NCBI GenBank assembly: GCA_963714865.1
Contig: CAVQPR010000001.1
Location: 402,474 to 466,473 of the forward strand
From: an uncultured Actinomycetes bacterium
GTDB lineage: Bacteria; Actinomycetota; UBA4738; HRBIN12
Length of the DNA stretch: 64,000 nt
Direction of reading: 5' to 3'
The translations under genes and the position numbers were made by a program. Below are positions 29,152 to 38,308 of this stretch, in pieces (the stretch's first letter is position 1; each line of letters starts with the position of its first letter). The notes beneath the pieces were generated by a model. The model ran no database searches and was not told the origin of the DNA. It saw nothing but the letters and a program-made list of their open reading frames with translations.

Positions 29152-29867
29152 TCAGCGACCTCCTCTGCGGTCCACGGTTCGCCGGAGGGTGACGAAATGC
29201 CGCTGGCCCGCAGAAGTATGGCGATATCTTCGAAGCGACGCGCCGTGTTCGCGTTCCTGCTCGATCACGTCGGCCACGGTAGCGACCGCCACTAGACAGC
29301 GCGCCTTTGCGAACCACATCGGGTGGCACATCTCGACGAACGTCTGCGAGGGCCTGATCCCCCGCCATCGTGGCTGCGATGTCGGCAGCGAGGAGCTGGG
29401 GCGGCATCTGTTCGACGAGGGCGTCGAGTATCGCGGCGTCATCCCCACCCCACACCGACAGGTACATGCCATCGGGGCCTATCTCGTCAAGGGCGTGTAT
29501 CTCACCGATCCAGTGGGGGTCGCGGTTGCGCCACGACCGATGCGTTCCCGAGGGCGTGCCGCTGTTCTTTGCAGCCCTCGTCAGCGTCGGGCGGTGTCCC
29601 TGGTCGATGAGCCACTGATAGGCCCGGGTGAGCTTGGGCTTGCCCTCAAGCGGCGGGGGCCAGCCGTGGTTGTCCACCCCCATGACGGCTGGGTCGAACC
29701 ACGCCCCCGATGCCCCGAGCGCGCCGGCACAATCCATAGATCCAATCTCCGGGCGCATGCAGCACCGCGCTGTCGGGCACCTTCTCGCCGATGATCTTGG
29801 CGACGATCTTGCGGAACTCAGGATCGTCACTTCGCATGGCGGATACGTCGGGCCACCACCGCGTCAT
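29152..29867 (-). pseudogene. hypothetical protein split across three frames
   Basis: Protein-like segments (MTRWWPDVSAMRSDDPEFRKIVAKIIGEK... and ...WFDPAVMGVDNHGWPP...IGEIHALDEIGPDGMYLSVWGGDD...) are joined only by frameshifts. No family assignment. Confidence 0.35.
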
Positions 29868-30054
29868 ACGTCCACCTCGTCAGCGATGCGGAGCATGTTG
29901 TCGGCGTGGTTGAGGATGTCCACCAGGGTTTCGACCTGATCGGCGGTCAGTCCCCCTCGGAGAGAACTTCCACGGTGCGGGCCTTCACCTCGTGCGCGAG
30001 CCCGCGATAACCCGCGAAGTCGATGTTGGCCCGCAACCGGGCGTCCAGCGTCAT
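29864..30054 (-). pseudogene. small protein of about 63 aa, frameshifted at a G5 run
   Basis: MTLDARLRANIDFAGYRGLAHEVKARTVEVLSEG continues as GLTADQVETLVDILNHADNMLRIADEVDV after a 1-nt shift at GAGGGGGAC. Confidence 0.4.
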
Positions 30055-30087
30055 GCGCCGAGCCTGTCCTTCTGAGCGGCCACCCAG

Positions 30088-30905
30088 TCATTGGCGAACG
30101 GGGTCGAGATCCCCGACTCCGAGGCTTGACGGATGACCGACTGCTCGACTTCGGTGAACGGCAGCCCGCATCTCGGCCATGAACGCCGCAGAGGGCGGCT
30201 CCTGAGCCTTGGCTCGCATCTCCTCGATCTCATGGGGTGCCGCACCCTCAAGCCGCAGGTTCTCGGCGAGCCCCAGCCAGTTCTGCCGCCACTCGTCGGC
30301 AGCGCGTCGTTTCGTGCGAGCGTCGACCCACTGATTGACGATGGCGTCAGACAGCGAGTCGGAGCTGCGGGCCTTGGTCTCGGCTTGCAGGCGTGCAGCG
30401 CCCATGCGGGCCTGCTCCAACTCCGCTGACGCAGCCCTGTGGCGGGCGGTGCCGTCGGTGAGGGCCTTGAGCCCTTCTGCCAGCTCCTCCGCGTGGACCT
30501 GAGAGGCCAGCAGATCGGCCGCAAGCTCCTCGTCGGAGATGCCGGCGAACGGTGCCCGGGCCTCTGCGATCAGCAGCAGCGGCTTCGAGCTGGTCGGCCT
30601 CCCGCTGGGCGTCGAACTTCTCGCGGGCGTCGGTGGTGAGCTTGCCGGCCATCTGTTTCTCAGCCCGGGCAGCCCTCAACTCCTCGATGCGCTTGGTCGG
30701 CCTTGCGGGCCAGCGCGGCGTCGGTGTCGGTGGGCTTGCGCGTCGCCTTGGGCTTGCTGAGGGCGGTACGACGCTCCTCTAGCCGGGACTGTTTCTCAAG
30801 GAGCGCGTCGAACTCCTGCTCACTCCCATCGCCCGAGATGTTCTCGTCGATCTCGGCTTCGAGCTTGTCGATCTGTCGGGTGAGTCCTTCGTAGGTGTCG
30901 GCCAT
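30088..30905 (-). pseudogene. coiled-coil protein spread over three frames
   Basis: Charged heptad-rich segments (MADTYEGLTRQIDKLEAEIDEN..., ...RAARAEKQMAGKLTTDAREKFDAQREADQLEAAAADR..., ...ARLQAETKARSSDSLSDAIVNQWVDARTKRRAADEWRQNW...) are contiguous only if frameshifted. Confidence 0.4.
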
Positions 30906-31645
30906 CAGATATCGACCTTCTCCAACTGCGCCCGCGTCTTACCGGGGTTCATGGTCCCGACCTCACGGGCTCCGTAGACGAGGTTCCCGTTCGCATCGGT
31001 GGACCGCATCCCCACCAGCCGGGCCTCGACCTCGCGGCAGAACGTCCCGAACTTGTATCGCTTGAGGTCGGTCTGCGAACGGCACCCCCGGAACTCACAG
31101 AACGCCGCGATGCCGTGCGGGTACAGCGGGGAGACAAGCTCGGTCGGCAGGATGTAGCCCTTCGCGCGGGCCTTCTCCACACCCATGCCGGAGTTGGCGA
31201 CCATCTCCTGAATCACGTCAACCACATTGGGATGCGGTGTCCAGGTGACCTGCTCCTCCATCTTCTCCACGACGACTGAGCCGTCGGCGCGTGGTTCGGA
31301 GTAGATCGGCACCGGGGTGCGCTTCTCGACCTGCTGCACGTAGGGCTCGTGGTCGCAACTCGCGTACCAGTCGCGTTGCACGTTCTCGGCCCTCTGGCAT
31401 GCGTGACAGATCGGGCGAAGCATCGTGACGCCCTTGATCCCGACGCTGAGGTTCGGGGTCCGGCGCATGCCTTCCAAGATGGCGGGCTCACCGATGGCGG
31501 ACGGTGCCGCTGCTTCCTCGACGATGACTACGGGCTCGGTGAGGGGCTGCTTGGAAGTGCCGGCGTGGTACTTGCATAGCGGGCCACCGTCAGCGGCCTT
31601 GCCCTTGCACCGTTGGCCGTTCGTCTTACTGGCTGAACACTGCAT
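30905..31645 (-). CDS. hypothetical protein with an N-terminal Cys-rich (zinc-finger-like) segment
   Basis: 246 aa. MQCSASKTNGQRCKGKAADGGPLCKYHAG. Non-repetitive composition. Confidence 0.6.
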   Translation of the reverse strand: MQCSASKTNGQRCKGKAADGGPLCKYHAGTSKQPLTEPVVIVEEAAAPSAIGEPAILEGMRRTPNLSVGIKGVTMLRPICHACQRAENVQRDWYASCDHEPYVQQVEKRTPVPIYSEPRADGSVVVEKMEEQVTWTPHPNVVDVIQEMVANSGMGVEKARAKGYILPTELVSPLYPHGIAAFCEFRGCRSQTDLKRYKFGTFCREVEARLVGMRSTDANGNLVYGAREVGTMNPGKTRAQLEKVDI

Positions 31646-31680
31646 GGATCTGTCCCTTCTATTGACGTGCGATTGCCGTG

Positions 31681-31848
31681 CTAGCTGCCGTGGCGCTCTG
31701 CCTGCTTGGCCGCGTGGGCGAGCTGGTCGGCGTAGATCTCGGCCATCCGCTCGGCGGCTTGGCGCTTGCGAGCGTCCTCATCCTTCGATCTCTGGGCCGC
31801 GTGCTTCGCCCTGGCCTTGGCCTGGACCTCGGCTCCTTCGGTCGTCAT
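31681..31848 (-). CDS. small basic protein of 55 aa
   Basis: ATG preceded by GAAGGGGGAA. Lys/Arg-rich. Below the track's size cutoff. Coordinates are hand-derived and approximate. Confidence 0.4.
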   Translation of the reverse strand: MTTEGAEVQAKARAKHAAQRSKDEDARKRQAAERMAEIYADQLAHAAKQAERHGS

Positions 31849-31875
31849 CTGCTATTCCCCCTTCCGCTTGTGCGT

Positions 31876-31888
31876 TTGTGATTCACAA
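31876..31888. promoter_or_regulatory. perfect palindrome TTGTGA-T-TCACAA, a candidate operator
   Basis: Lies in a lower-GC segment between the small basic gene and attR. Confidence 0.4.
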
Positions 31889-32009
31889 GGGTACATGGTG
31901 GTGACGACACGCTCAGGAATGTGCTGTAACTACACCGTCTAAAACCTTGCACACCGGTAAGATTCGGTGCGGTGTAAGGCTAGGTAGGCACAGCGGTAGG
32001 GCCTAGCGA

Positions 32010-32051
32010 ACCCCCAGTCAGACGCGCTAACCAAGCTGCGCCACGGCCCGT
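32010..32051. repeat. attR: right copy of the 42-nt direct repeat (partial tRNA-Pro 5' half)
   Basis: Identical to 15955-15996. No T-arm or acceptor 3' half follows it. Confidence 0.85.
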
Positions 32052-32095
32052 GGGGGCTGATTGTACCCGGCTCGCGCCGAGCCGCGGTTCGCCCA

Positions 32096-33406
32096 TCAGC
32101 CACGCGACGAGCGGGATCTTGGGCGAAAGATCATCCGCGCGGGCACGCCCTGGAGCCCGCATTCGCGGCGGAACCGGTTCTCGAGGTACCGCCGGTACCC
32201 GGGATCGGGCGCGGTGGCGCCCCCGAAGATCACGAAGGACGGCGGGCCGGTCGCTACCTGGGTGGCGTAATGCAACGTGCCGGTGTCGCGCTTGGTGGGC
32301 AGTTCGCGCTGAGCGCGCTGCAAGATGTCGTTCACCCTCGATGTCGAGATAGTGGTTCGCCAGCGCATGTGGAGGTCGACCAGGAGGGCCGGGAGCCTGC
32401 GAACGCCTTGGCCCGTCTTTGCCGACGTCCGCACCGCGAGTGCAGCGGCAAACTGCCCGGCCGCGTCGTCGATGTGGCGGAACTCTCGGGTCTTGTCCTC
32501 CACGAGGTCCCACTTGTTGGCGATCAGGATGAGGGCCCGACCCGCGTCGAGCACGCGGGTGGCGATCTTCTTGTCCTCTGAGGTGAAGCCCTCCTGAGCG
32601 TCGATCACGAGCATCACCACGTGGGCCCGATCGATCGCCCTCGTCGCTCGAACGAAGCTGTAGTACTCGACCCCCTGGACCTTCACCTGACGGCGCATGC
32701 CGGCGGTGTCCACGAACCGGACGGGGCCGTCGGACCACTCCACGAGGGCGTCCACCGAGTCCCGCGTGGTGCCTGCCTCTTCGTAGACGACCGAGCGCTG
32801 CTCGCCCACGAGCCGGTTGAACAGGCTGGACTTGCCCACGTTGGGGCGCCCGACCACTGCGAACCGAGGTTCCTCCTCCTCGTCCTCGAGCACGTCGGGG
32901 GCCTCGTCCAGCAGGTGCACGACACGATCGAGGAGCTCGCCCGCTCCCCTGCCGTGCAGGCCCGAAACGGGCAGCGGCTCACCGAGTCCCAGCGCGTTGA
33001 ACGGCGCGACCTCTGCCTCGTCCTCGGCGGTATCAACCTTGTTGGTCACCACCAGCACCGGCACCGTGGCGCGGCGCAATCGGCGAGCGAGGCCGGCGTC
33101 TTCCTCGGTGATGCCGGTCTGTGCGTCGACGACGAGGAGGATGAGCTGCGCCTCCTCCATGGCCCTGTCGGCCTGACCCCTCGTCAGCGCCTCGATGCCG
33201 CCGACGCCGGCCACATAGCCCGCCGTGTCGACGAGACCGAACCGACGCCCTCTCCAGCTGGCTTCCAGTTGGACTCGATCACGGGTGACTCCCGGCTGGT
33301 CGTGAGCGATCGTCTCCCGGCGACCGAATAGCCGGTTGACCAGCGTGGACTTGCCGACATTCTGCCGACCGACCACGGCTACGCGCGGGACGGCCCGGGC
33401 AGTCAT
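32096..33406 (-). CDS. der: ribosome-biogenesis GTPase Der (EngA)
   Basis: Two tandem GTPase domains (GRQNVGKST, GRPNVGKSS) and a KH-like C-terminus. Confidence 0.95.
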   Translation of the reverse strand: MTARAVPRVAVVGRQNVGKSTLVNRLFGRRETIAHDQPGVTRDRVQLEASWRGRRFGLVDTAGYVAGVGGIEALTRGQADRAMEEAQLILLVVDAQTGITEEDAGLARRLRRATVPVLVVTNKVDTAEDEAEVAPFNALGLGEPLPVSGLHGRGAGELLDRVVHLLDEAPDVLEDEEEEPRFAVVGRPNVGKSSLFNRLVGEQRSVVYEEAGTTRDSVDALVEWSDGPVRFVDTAGMRRQVKVQGVEYYSFVRATRAIDRAHVVMLVIDAQEGFTSEDKKIATRVLDAGRALILIANKWDLVEDKTREFRHIDDAAGQFAAALAVRTSAKTGQGVRRLPALLVDLHMRWRTTISTSRVNDILQRAQRELPTKRDTGTLHYATQVATGPPSFVIFGGATAPDPGYRRYLENRFRRECGLQGVPARMIFRPRSRSSRG

Positions 33407-34059
33407 GGCACGAGGCCAGGCGCCCGGGCGCGGACGGCGGTGAGGGCGGTCCCCAGCGTCTGGGTCGGCGTCATGTGTGTCGTGTCGATCGTCGTTGCAC
33501 CCTCAGGGGGCTCGAAGGGGTTCACGTCCGCGTCGCGATCGTCGCGACGGCTCAACTCCCGTGCGACGTCCCCGTCCTCGCGGGTCCGCTCTGACGCCCG
33601 CCGGGCAGCCCGCTCGCCCGGCTCTGCCACGAGATACAGCTTGGCCGCGGCGTCCGGGAACACGACGGAGCCGATGTCGCGCCCCTCCATCACCGCACCC
33701 GTGGCCCCGAGCCGCCGCTGCTCCTCTCGCATGCGGATCCGCACGGCAGGATGCGCCGCGACCCGCGAGACCGCAGCCTCGACCTCGCTCGAGAACAGCT
33801 CGCCGGCGGGTGGCGCACCGTCGATCCACAGCTCGCCGGGAGGCCCTCCGTCGACCGTGAACCTCAACCCCTCCATGAGAGTGACGAGCACATCCGCGTC
33901 GCCCGGATCAGCCGATCGGCGACGCGCCTCGAGGGTGAGGGCGCGGTACATCAATCCGGTGTTGACGTACGCGAGGCCGAGCTGGCGGGCCAGTGAACGT
34001 GCGAGGGTACTCTTTCCGCTTCCGGCCGCCCCGTCGATCGTCACCACGCGAGGGGTCAT
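33403..34059 (-). CDS. cmk: cytidylate kinase
   Basis: P-loop GAAGSGKST. Overlaps the der start by 4 nt. Confidence 0.9.
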   Translation of the reverse strand: MTPRVVTIDGAAGSGKSTLARSLARQLGLAYVNTGLMYRALTLEARRRSADPGDADVLVTLMEGLRFTVDGGPPGELWIDGAPPAGELFSSEVEAAVSRVAAHPAVRIRMREEQRRLGATGAVMEGRDIGSVVFPDAAAKLYLVAEPGERAARRASERTREDGDVARELSRRDDRDADVNPFEPPEGATTIDTTHMTPTQTLGTALTAVRARAPGLVP

Positions 34060-35426
34060 CCGATCGCCTCTACCCGCGCCCCGAGGGAGGTCAGCGCGGG
34101 GATGAACCCAGGGAACGACACGTCGATCGATTCCGCACCATCGATCTCCACGGGCCCCGACGCGGCAAGGGCTCCGATCGTGAGGGCCATCGCCATGCGA
34201 TGGTCGCCCGATGCGTCCCCCGAGCCACCCGGGAGGCCTCCACCCGCGACCACGATATCCTCCCCTTCGACCGCGGCCTCGCCACCGAGTCCTCGGATAC
34301 CGTCGACCACCGCGCTCATCCGATCGGATTCCTTCAGGCGGAGCTCTCCAGCGCCCCGGAATCGGCTCTCCCCCGGGGCATGCGCCGCCACGAGCGCGAG
34401 GACCGGGATCTCATCGATCACGAACGGCAGCTCCGTCGCGTCGACCGTCACCGGGACGAGTCCGGCGCCCGGCGCAACCCGGAGACGGCCGACGGGCTCA
34501 CCTGCCTCTTCCCGCTCCAGCTCCACCGTCGTGCGAACGCCCATGCGGTCGAGCACCTCGAGGAACCCGGTGCGGCTGGGATTGAGGCCCACGTCGACGA
34601 TCGCGAGTTCAGCGCCAGTCAGGGCCGCGGCAGCCACGAGGAACGCCGCGGAACTCGGGTCGCCCGGCACCGAGCCGCGGAGGCCGCCATGCTGAAACCG
34701 GCGAACGTGAACCGTCGCGTTCTCGATGGACACCGGCGCGCCCAGCCACGCCAAGACACGCTCCGTGTGGTCTCGCGTGACCACAGGCTCGGTGAACGAC
34801 GTCTCGTCGTCGGCGCTGAGGCCCGCCAGCAGGACGGCCCCCTTGACCTGAGCCGACGGTACCGGCGCCTGGTACGACACACCGACGAGGTCGCCGCCGT
34901 GGATCGTCACGGGCGCATGTCCGTCGGTCGTCACGACCCCCGCTCCCATCAGTCGGAGCGGCTCGGCCACCCGCTCCATCGGGCGACGCGAGAGGCTCTC
35001 GTCGCCGATCAGGCTGGTCCGGAAGGGGCGGCCGGCCGTCACCCCCGACAACAGGCGCATCGCGGTGCCGGCGTTGCCGCAATCGAGATCGGAGGCCGGG
35101 CGTGCGAGCCCTTCCCAGCCATCACCCTCGACCTCAAGTGTCGGAACGGGTTCCGGGGTAGGCCCCGGGTTCCACGTGGAACCGTGACCCTCACCCGTCC
35201 TCGCATGGTTCCGCGCCCAGGCCTCCAGTGCAGGTCGAGCCCGGGCCGACAGTGCCGCCATGCAGGCAGCTGTCGACAACACGTCGAGCGACAGGGGAAG
35301 GCCAGCCAGACGGCTGTGTCCTCTCGCCGTCGAGGCGAGGATCAACCAGCGATGCGCGATCGACTTGTCGCCGGGCACGGACACCGTCCCTTGTACCCGA
35401 CCTCCGGGAACGACGCGGATACGCAC
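34056..35426 (-). CDS. aroA: 3-phosphoshikimate 1-carboxyvinyltransferase (EPSP synthase)
   Basis: Typical N-terminus (PGDKSIAHR) and full length. Confidence 0.9.
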   Translation of the reverse strand: MRIRVVPGGRVQGTVSVPGDKSIAHRWLILASTARGHSRLAGLPLSLDVLSTAACMAALSARARPALEAWARNHARTGEGHGSTWNPGPTPEPVPTLEVEGDGWEGLARPASDLDCGNAGTAMRLLSGVTAGRPFRTSLIGDESLSRRPMERVAEPLRLMGAGVVTTDGHAPVTIHGGDLVGVSYQAPVPSAQVKGAVLLAGLSADDETSFTEPVVTRDHTERVLAWLGAPVSIENATVHVRRFQHGGLRGSVPGDPSSAAFLVAAAALTGAELAIVDVGLNPSRTGFLEVLDRMGVRTTVELEREEAGEPVGRLRVAPGAGLVPVTVDATELPFVIDEIPVLALVAAHAPGESRFRGAGELRLKESDRMSAVVDGIRGLGGEAAVEGEDIVVAGGGLPGGSGDASGDHRMAMALTIGALAASGPVEIDGAESIDVSFPGFIPALTSLGARVEAIG

Positions 35427-35433
35427 GATGTCC

Positions 35434-36528
35434 TCAGGCCAGCCTGACGGGGTCGAAGTCGTGTTCCGCCAGGACGGCCGTGGCCGCGGCGGCCGCGTCC
35501 GCGACCACGGTCAGATGTACGGTCCCTCGTCCGCCTTCGGGGGAGTGGACGATCTGGAGGTCCTCGATGTTCACGCCGCGTTCGCCCAATGCCGCGGTGA
35601 GCACGGCCAGGGAACCGGGGCGGTCGGGCACAGGAACCTGGAGCACCGCCACGCCGGCACGAACCCGGGGCTTCGTCGCGAGGCGCAACCGAGCGTTCTT
35701 CGCACGGGCGAAGGTGTCCTCGACCACCGCGCTCTCCCGTTCGACGATCGCGGCACGGAGCGTCTGCAACCCGGCCGCGTAGAGGTCGATCGCCTCGGCG
35801 ATGGCCGCCCGGTTCGACACCAAGATGTCGCTCCACAGCGCGGGGTCCGACGCCGCGAGCCGGGTCAGGTCGCGGAATCCACCCGCCGCGAGCAGCAGGA
35901 TCTCGGGCTCGCCGGCCTCCTCTGTCGCCGCCAGATCCATCAGAGCGGTGGATGCCACCTGTGGGAGGTGGCTCACGAAGGCCACCAGCCGATCGTGTCG
36001 CTCGGGCGACATGCGCGCGGGCCGCCCGCCGATCCTCACTATCCAGCTCTCCAAACGCTCGACCGCCGCCTGCGACGACGACCTCAATGGCGTGACCGCC
36101 CACACGATCGAATCGACCAGGGAGGCGGAGGCGTGCTCGGGACCAGAGCGCTCGCTCCCGCCCATCGGATGGCCCGGGACGAATCCGCTGATCCCGCTCG
36201 GCGCGAGCTCGGCCACCTCCTCGATCACCGGCCGCTTGACGCTGGCGGCGTCGGTGATCACCGCTGCCGGGGCAAGTTCGGCGATCCGGACCACCAATCC
36301 CGCGACCGACGAGATCGGGGTGGCCACCACGATCAGGTCGGCGTCCTCGACCGCGGTGCGCAGATCGGGGGCCCGCAGGAACGAACCGATCCGTGCGGCA
36401 TGGCGTGTGATGCCTGTATCGACGTCCCATCCCGATACCTCGCAGCCCACTCGGACGGCTGCCATCGCCACGGACGTGCCGATCAGGCCGGTCCCGACGA
36501 TCGCGACTCGATCAACCTTCGATGTCAT
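35434..36528 (-). CDS. tyrA: prephenate dehydrogenase
   Basis: Rossmann motif IVGTGLIGTS. C-terminal ACT-like region. Confidence 0.85.
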   Translation of the reverse strand: MTSKVDRVAIVGTGLIGTSVAMAAVRVGCEVSGWDVDTGITRHAARIGSFLRAPDLRTAVEDADLIVVATPISSVAGLVVRIAELAPAAVITDAASVKRPVIEEVAELAPSGISGFVPGHPMGGSERSGPEHASASLVDSIVWAVTPLRSSSQAAVERLESWIVRIGGRPARMSPERHDRLVAFVSHLPQVASTALMDLAATEEAGEPEILLLAAGGFRDLTRLAASDPALWSDILVSNRAAIAEAIDLYAAGLQTLRAAIVERESAVVEDTFARAKNARLRLATKPRVRAGVAVLQVPVPDRPGSLAVLTAALGERGVNIEDLQIVHSPEGGRGTVHLTVVADAAAAATAVLAEHDFDPVRLA

Positions 36529-36874
36529 CTCGCAGCGACTCCGCGCCATCCAGATAGACGTGAACGATCTGCACCAGGGACCGATCCGTATGGAAGTGCA
36601 TCAGCACCCGCACCACCGCCGACATCGATCCGGCCACCGGGATCTCCTGGGCGCACATCAGCGGAACGATGCCGAGGCCCATCCTGCGCGCGGCCTCGGC
36701 CGGGAACGCCGAGCGCAGGTCCGCCGTGGCGGTGAACAGGATGCTCACCAGCTCCTCGATCGGCACCTCGTTGCGCTCGAGCATCGCCCCCAATAGCCTG
36801 GACGTGGCGTCCCAGATCGATTCGGGGGCGTCCTGTCCAACGACGATGGCCCCTCGGGCCGCCCGCACCTTCAT
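36512..36874 (-). CDS. chorismate mutase, AroH class
   Basis: MKVRAARGAI...TSRLLGAMLERN...ILFTATADL signature. Confidence 0.8.
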   Translation of the reverse strand: MKVRAARGAIVVGQDAPESIWDATSRLLGAMLERNEVPIEELVSILFTATADLRSAFPAEAARRMGLGIVPLMCAQEIPVAGSMSAVVRVLMHFHTDRSLVQIVHVYLDGAESLRDDIEG

Positions 36875-36911
36875 CCGCTCCCCCATGTCCGCCGCGTCGC
36901 AACGCCTCAGG

Positions 36912-37631
36912 CTACCCTCCGGCGGCCTCCCGAAGCCCGCGCACTTCGTCGTGCGTCAACTCGCGCAGCTCGCCGGCCGCAAGACGCCCGAGACGCACCC
37001 CGCCGACGCGCAGCCGAACCAAGCGTGTGACGGGGAGGCCCACCTCCGCCAGCATGCGCCGGACCTCACGCTTTCGGCCCTCCGTGAGCACCAAGCGGAC
37101 GGCGCCCCGACCCGACGCCGCGGCCACCACGTTCGCGCGCACGGCGCGAGCCACTCCGTCGTCCAACTCCACCCCACGCTTCAGCGAGGCGATGTGTCTC
37201 GTCGTGGGGACCCCTTCCACCTCGGCGAGATACTCCTTCTCGACACCGTAGCGCGGGTGCGTCAGGCGGTCGGCCAGATCCCCGTCGTTCGTCAGCAGGA
37301 TCAGCCCCTCGGAGTCGCGGTCGAGGCGCCCGACGGGGAATACGCGCGGTCCATCCGGGACGAGCCCGCGCATATCGGGCCGGCCTTGCGGATCCATCAT
37401 CGTCGTCACGACACCAGCCGGCTTGTGCAGAGCGAAGTACCTCACGTTCGGGTCGAGGTTCACCTTCGCGCCGTCGACCTCCACCGCGTCAGTGGAGGGT
37501 TCCACCTTGTCGCCCAGGGTTACCGTCCTTCCGTCGAGGGTCACCCGCCCCTCGAGGATGAGCGCCTCGCAGGCTCGACGTGAACCGAACCCCGCGCGGG
37601 CAAGGACTTTCTGCACGCGCTCGGGCGCCAT
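36912..37631 (-). CDS. rluB: rRNA pseudouridine synthase (RluB/RsuA family)
   Basis: S4 domain followed by the catalytic motif GRLDRDSEGL. Confidence 0.85.
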   Translation of the reverse strand: MAPERVQKVLARAGFGSRRACEALILEGRVTLDGRTVTLGDKVEPSTDAVEVDGAKVNLDPNVRYFALHKPAGVVTTMMDPQGRPDMRGLVPDGPRVFPVGRLDRDSEGLILLTNDGDLADRLTHPRYGVEKEYLAEVEGVPTTRHIASLKRGVELDDGVARAVRANVVAAASGRGAVRLVLTEGRKREVRRMLAEVGLPVTRLVRLRVGGVRLGRLAAGELRELTHDEVRGLREAAGG

Positions 37632-38308
37632 CAGTCCGGTTCGGCGGCGCCGGCGACCTCACCCTCGGAGACCGCGTCCTCGGTGACCTCGATTCGCGCC
37701 TCGACGTCGTCGATCCCCGAGTCGGCCACGTCATCCGCGCCCGCGCCGCCCTCACCTCCGGGCTCGTCCGCCCCGAGCAGCGGAGCCAGGGATGGGAGGG
37801 AGGCCAGGGACGGCAGTCCCAGCCGCTCGAGGAACGCCGGAGTGGTCGCGTACAGGAGCGGCCGCCCAGGCGTCTCCTCGCGGCCGGCCTCCTCGACGAT
37901 CCCTCGATCCACGAGCGCCCGAAGCACGCCATCGGAGTTCACGCCGCGGATGCTTGCCACCTGATGCCGGGTGACCGGCTGCTTGTACGCCACGATCGAC
38001 AGTGTCTCCAGGGCGGCCTTCGTAAGACGCGCCTGACGCGAGGACAGGACGAAGCGCTCCACGATCGGCGCCGTATCGGGATGCGTATACAGCCGCCAGC
38101 CCCCGGCCACGTTGCGCAGCACAAGACCCGAGCGACGTTCGTCCAGCTCAACGCCGAGGCGGTCGCACATCGCCTCCACGGTGCGCCGGTCGAGCTCGAG
38201 CGCCTGCGCGAGCAGCGACGCTGCCAGGGGCTCGTCGGAAACGAACAACAGCGCCTCCAGCGCGCGTGTGTCGTGGGCCTGGGCTCCGTCCGTGCTCATC
38301 GCCTCCAC
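37631..38308 (-). CDS. scpB: segregation and condensation protein B
   Basis: ScpB winged-helix repeats (LEALLFVSDEPL...). Confidence 0.85.
   Translation of the reverse strand: MEAMSTDGAQAHDTRALEALLFVSDEPLAASLLAQALELDRRTVEAMCDRLGVELDERRSGLVLRNVAGGWRLYTHPDTAPIVERFVLSSRQARLTKAALETLSIVAYKQPVTRHQVASIRGVNSDGVLRALVDRGIVEEAGREETPGRPLLYATTPAFLERLGLPSLASLPSLAPLLGADEPGGEGGAGADDVADSGIDDVEARIEVTEDAVSEGEVAGAAEPD

Larger units (their letters stand above)
15996..32010. mobile_element. integrated genomic island or satellite-like integrative element, about 16 kb
   Basis: Bounded by 42-nt direct repeats derived from tRNA-Pro. Integrase, excisionase and P4-type primase lie at the tRNA-proximal end. GC is somewhat lower than the flanks, and there are noncoding repeat modules. 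Both flanks are conserved core neighbourhoods. Confidence 0.75.

Noticed and set aside
31985-32010. tRNA-like T-arm remnant immediately left of attR (GCGGTAGGGCCTAGCGAACCCCC)
   Set aside because: It does not fold into a T-arm or acceptor stem. Only the 42-nt 5' half of tRNA-Pro is duplicated.
33440-36800. Long plus-strand ORFs (for example 33993..35447, 35260..36735, 35801..36796) opposite cmk, aroA and tyrA
   Set aside because: Antisense to confidently identified minus-strand genes, with Arg/Pro/Gly-rich composition.
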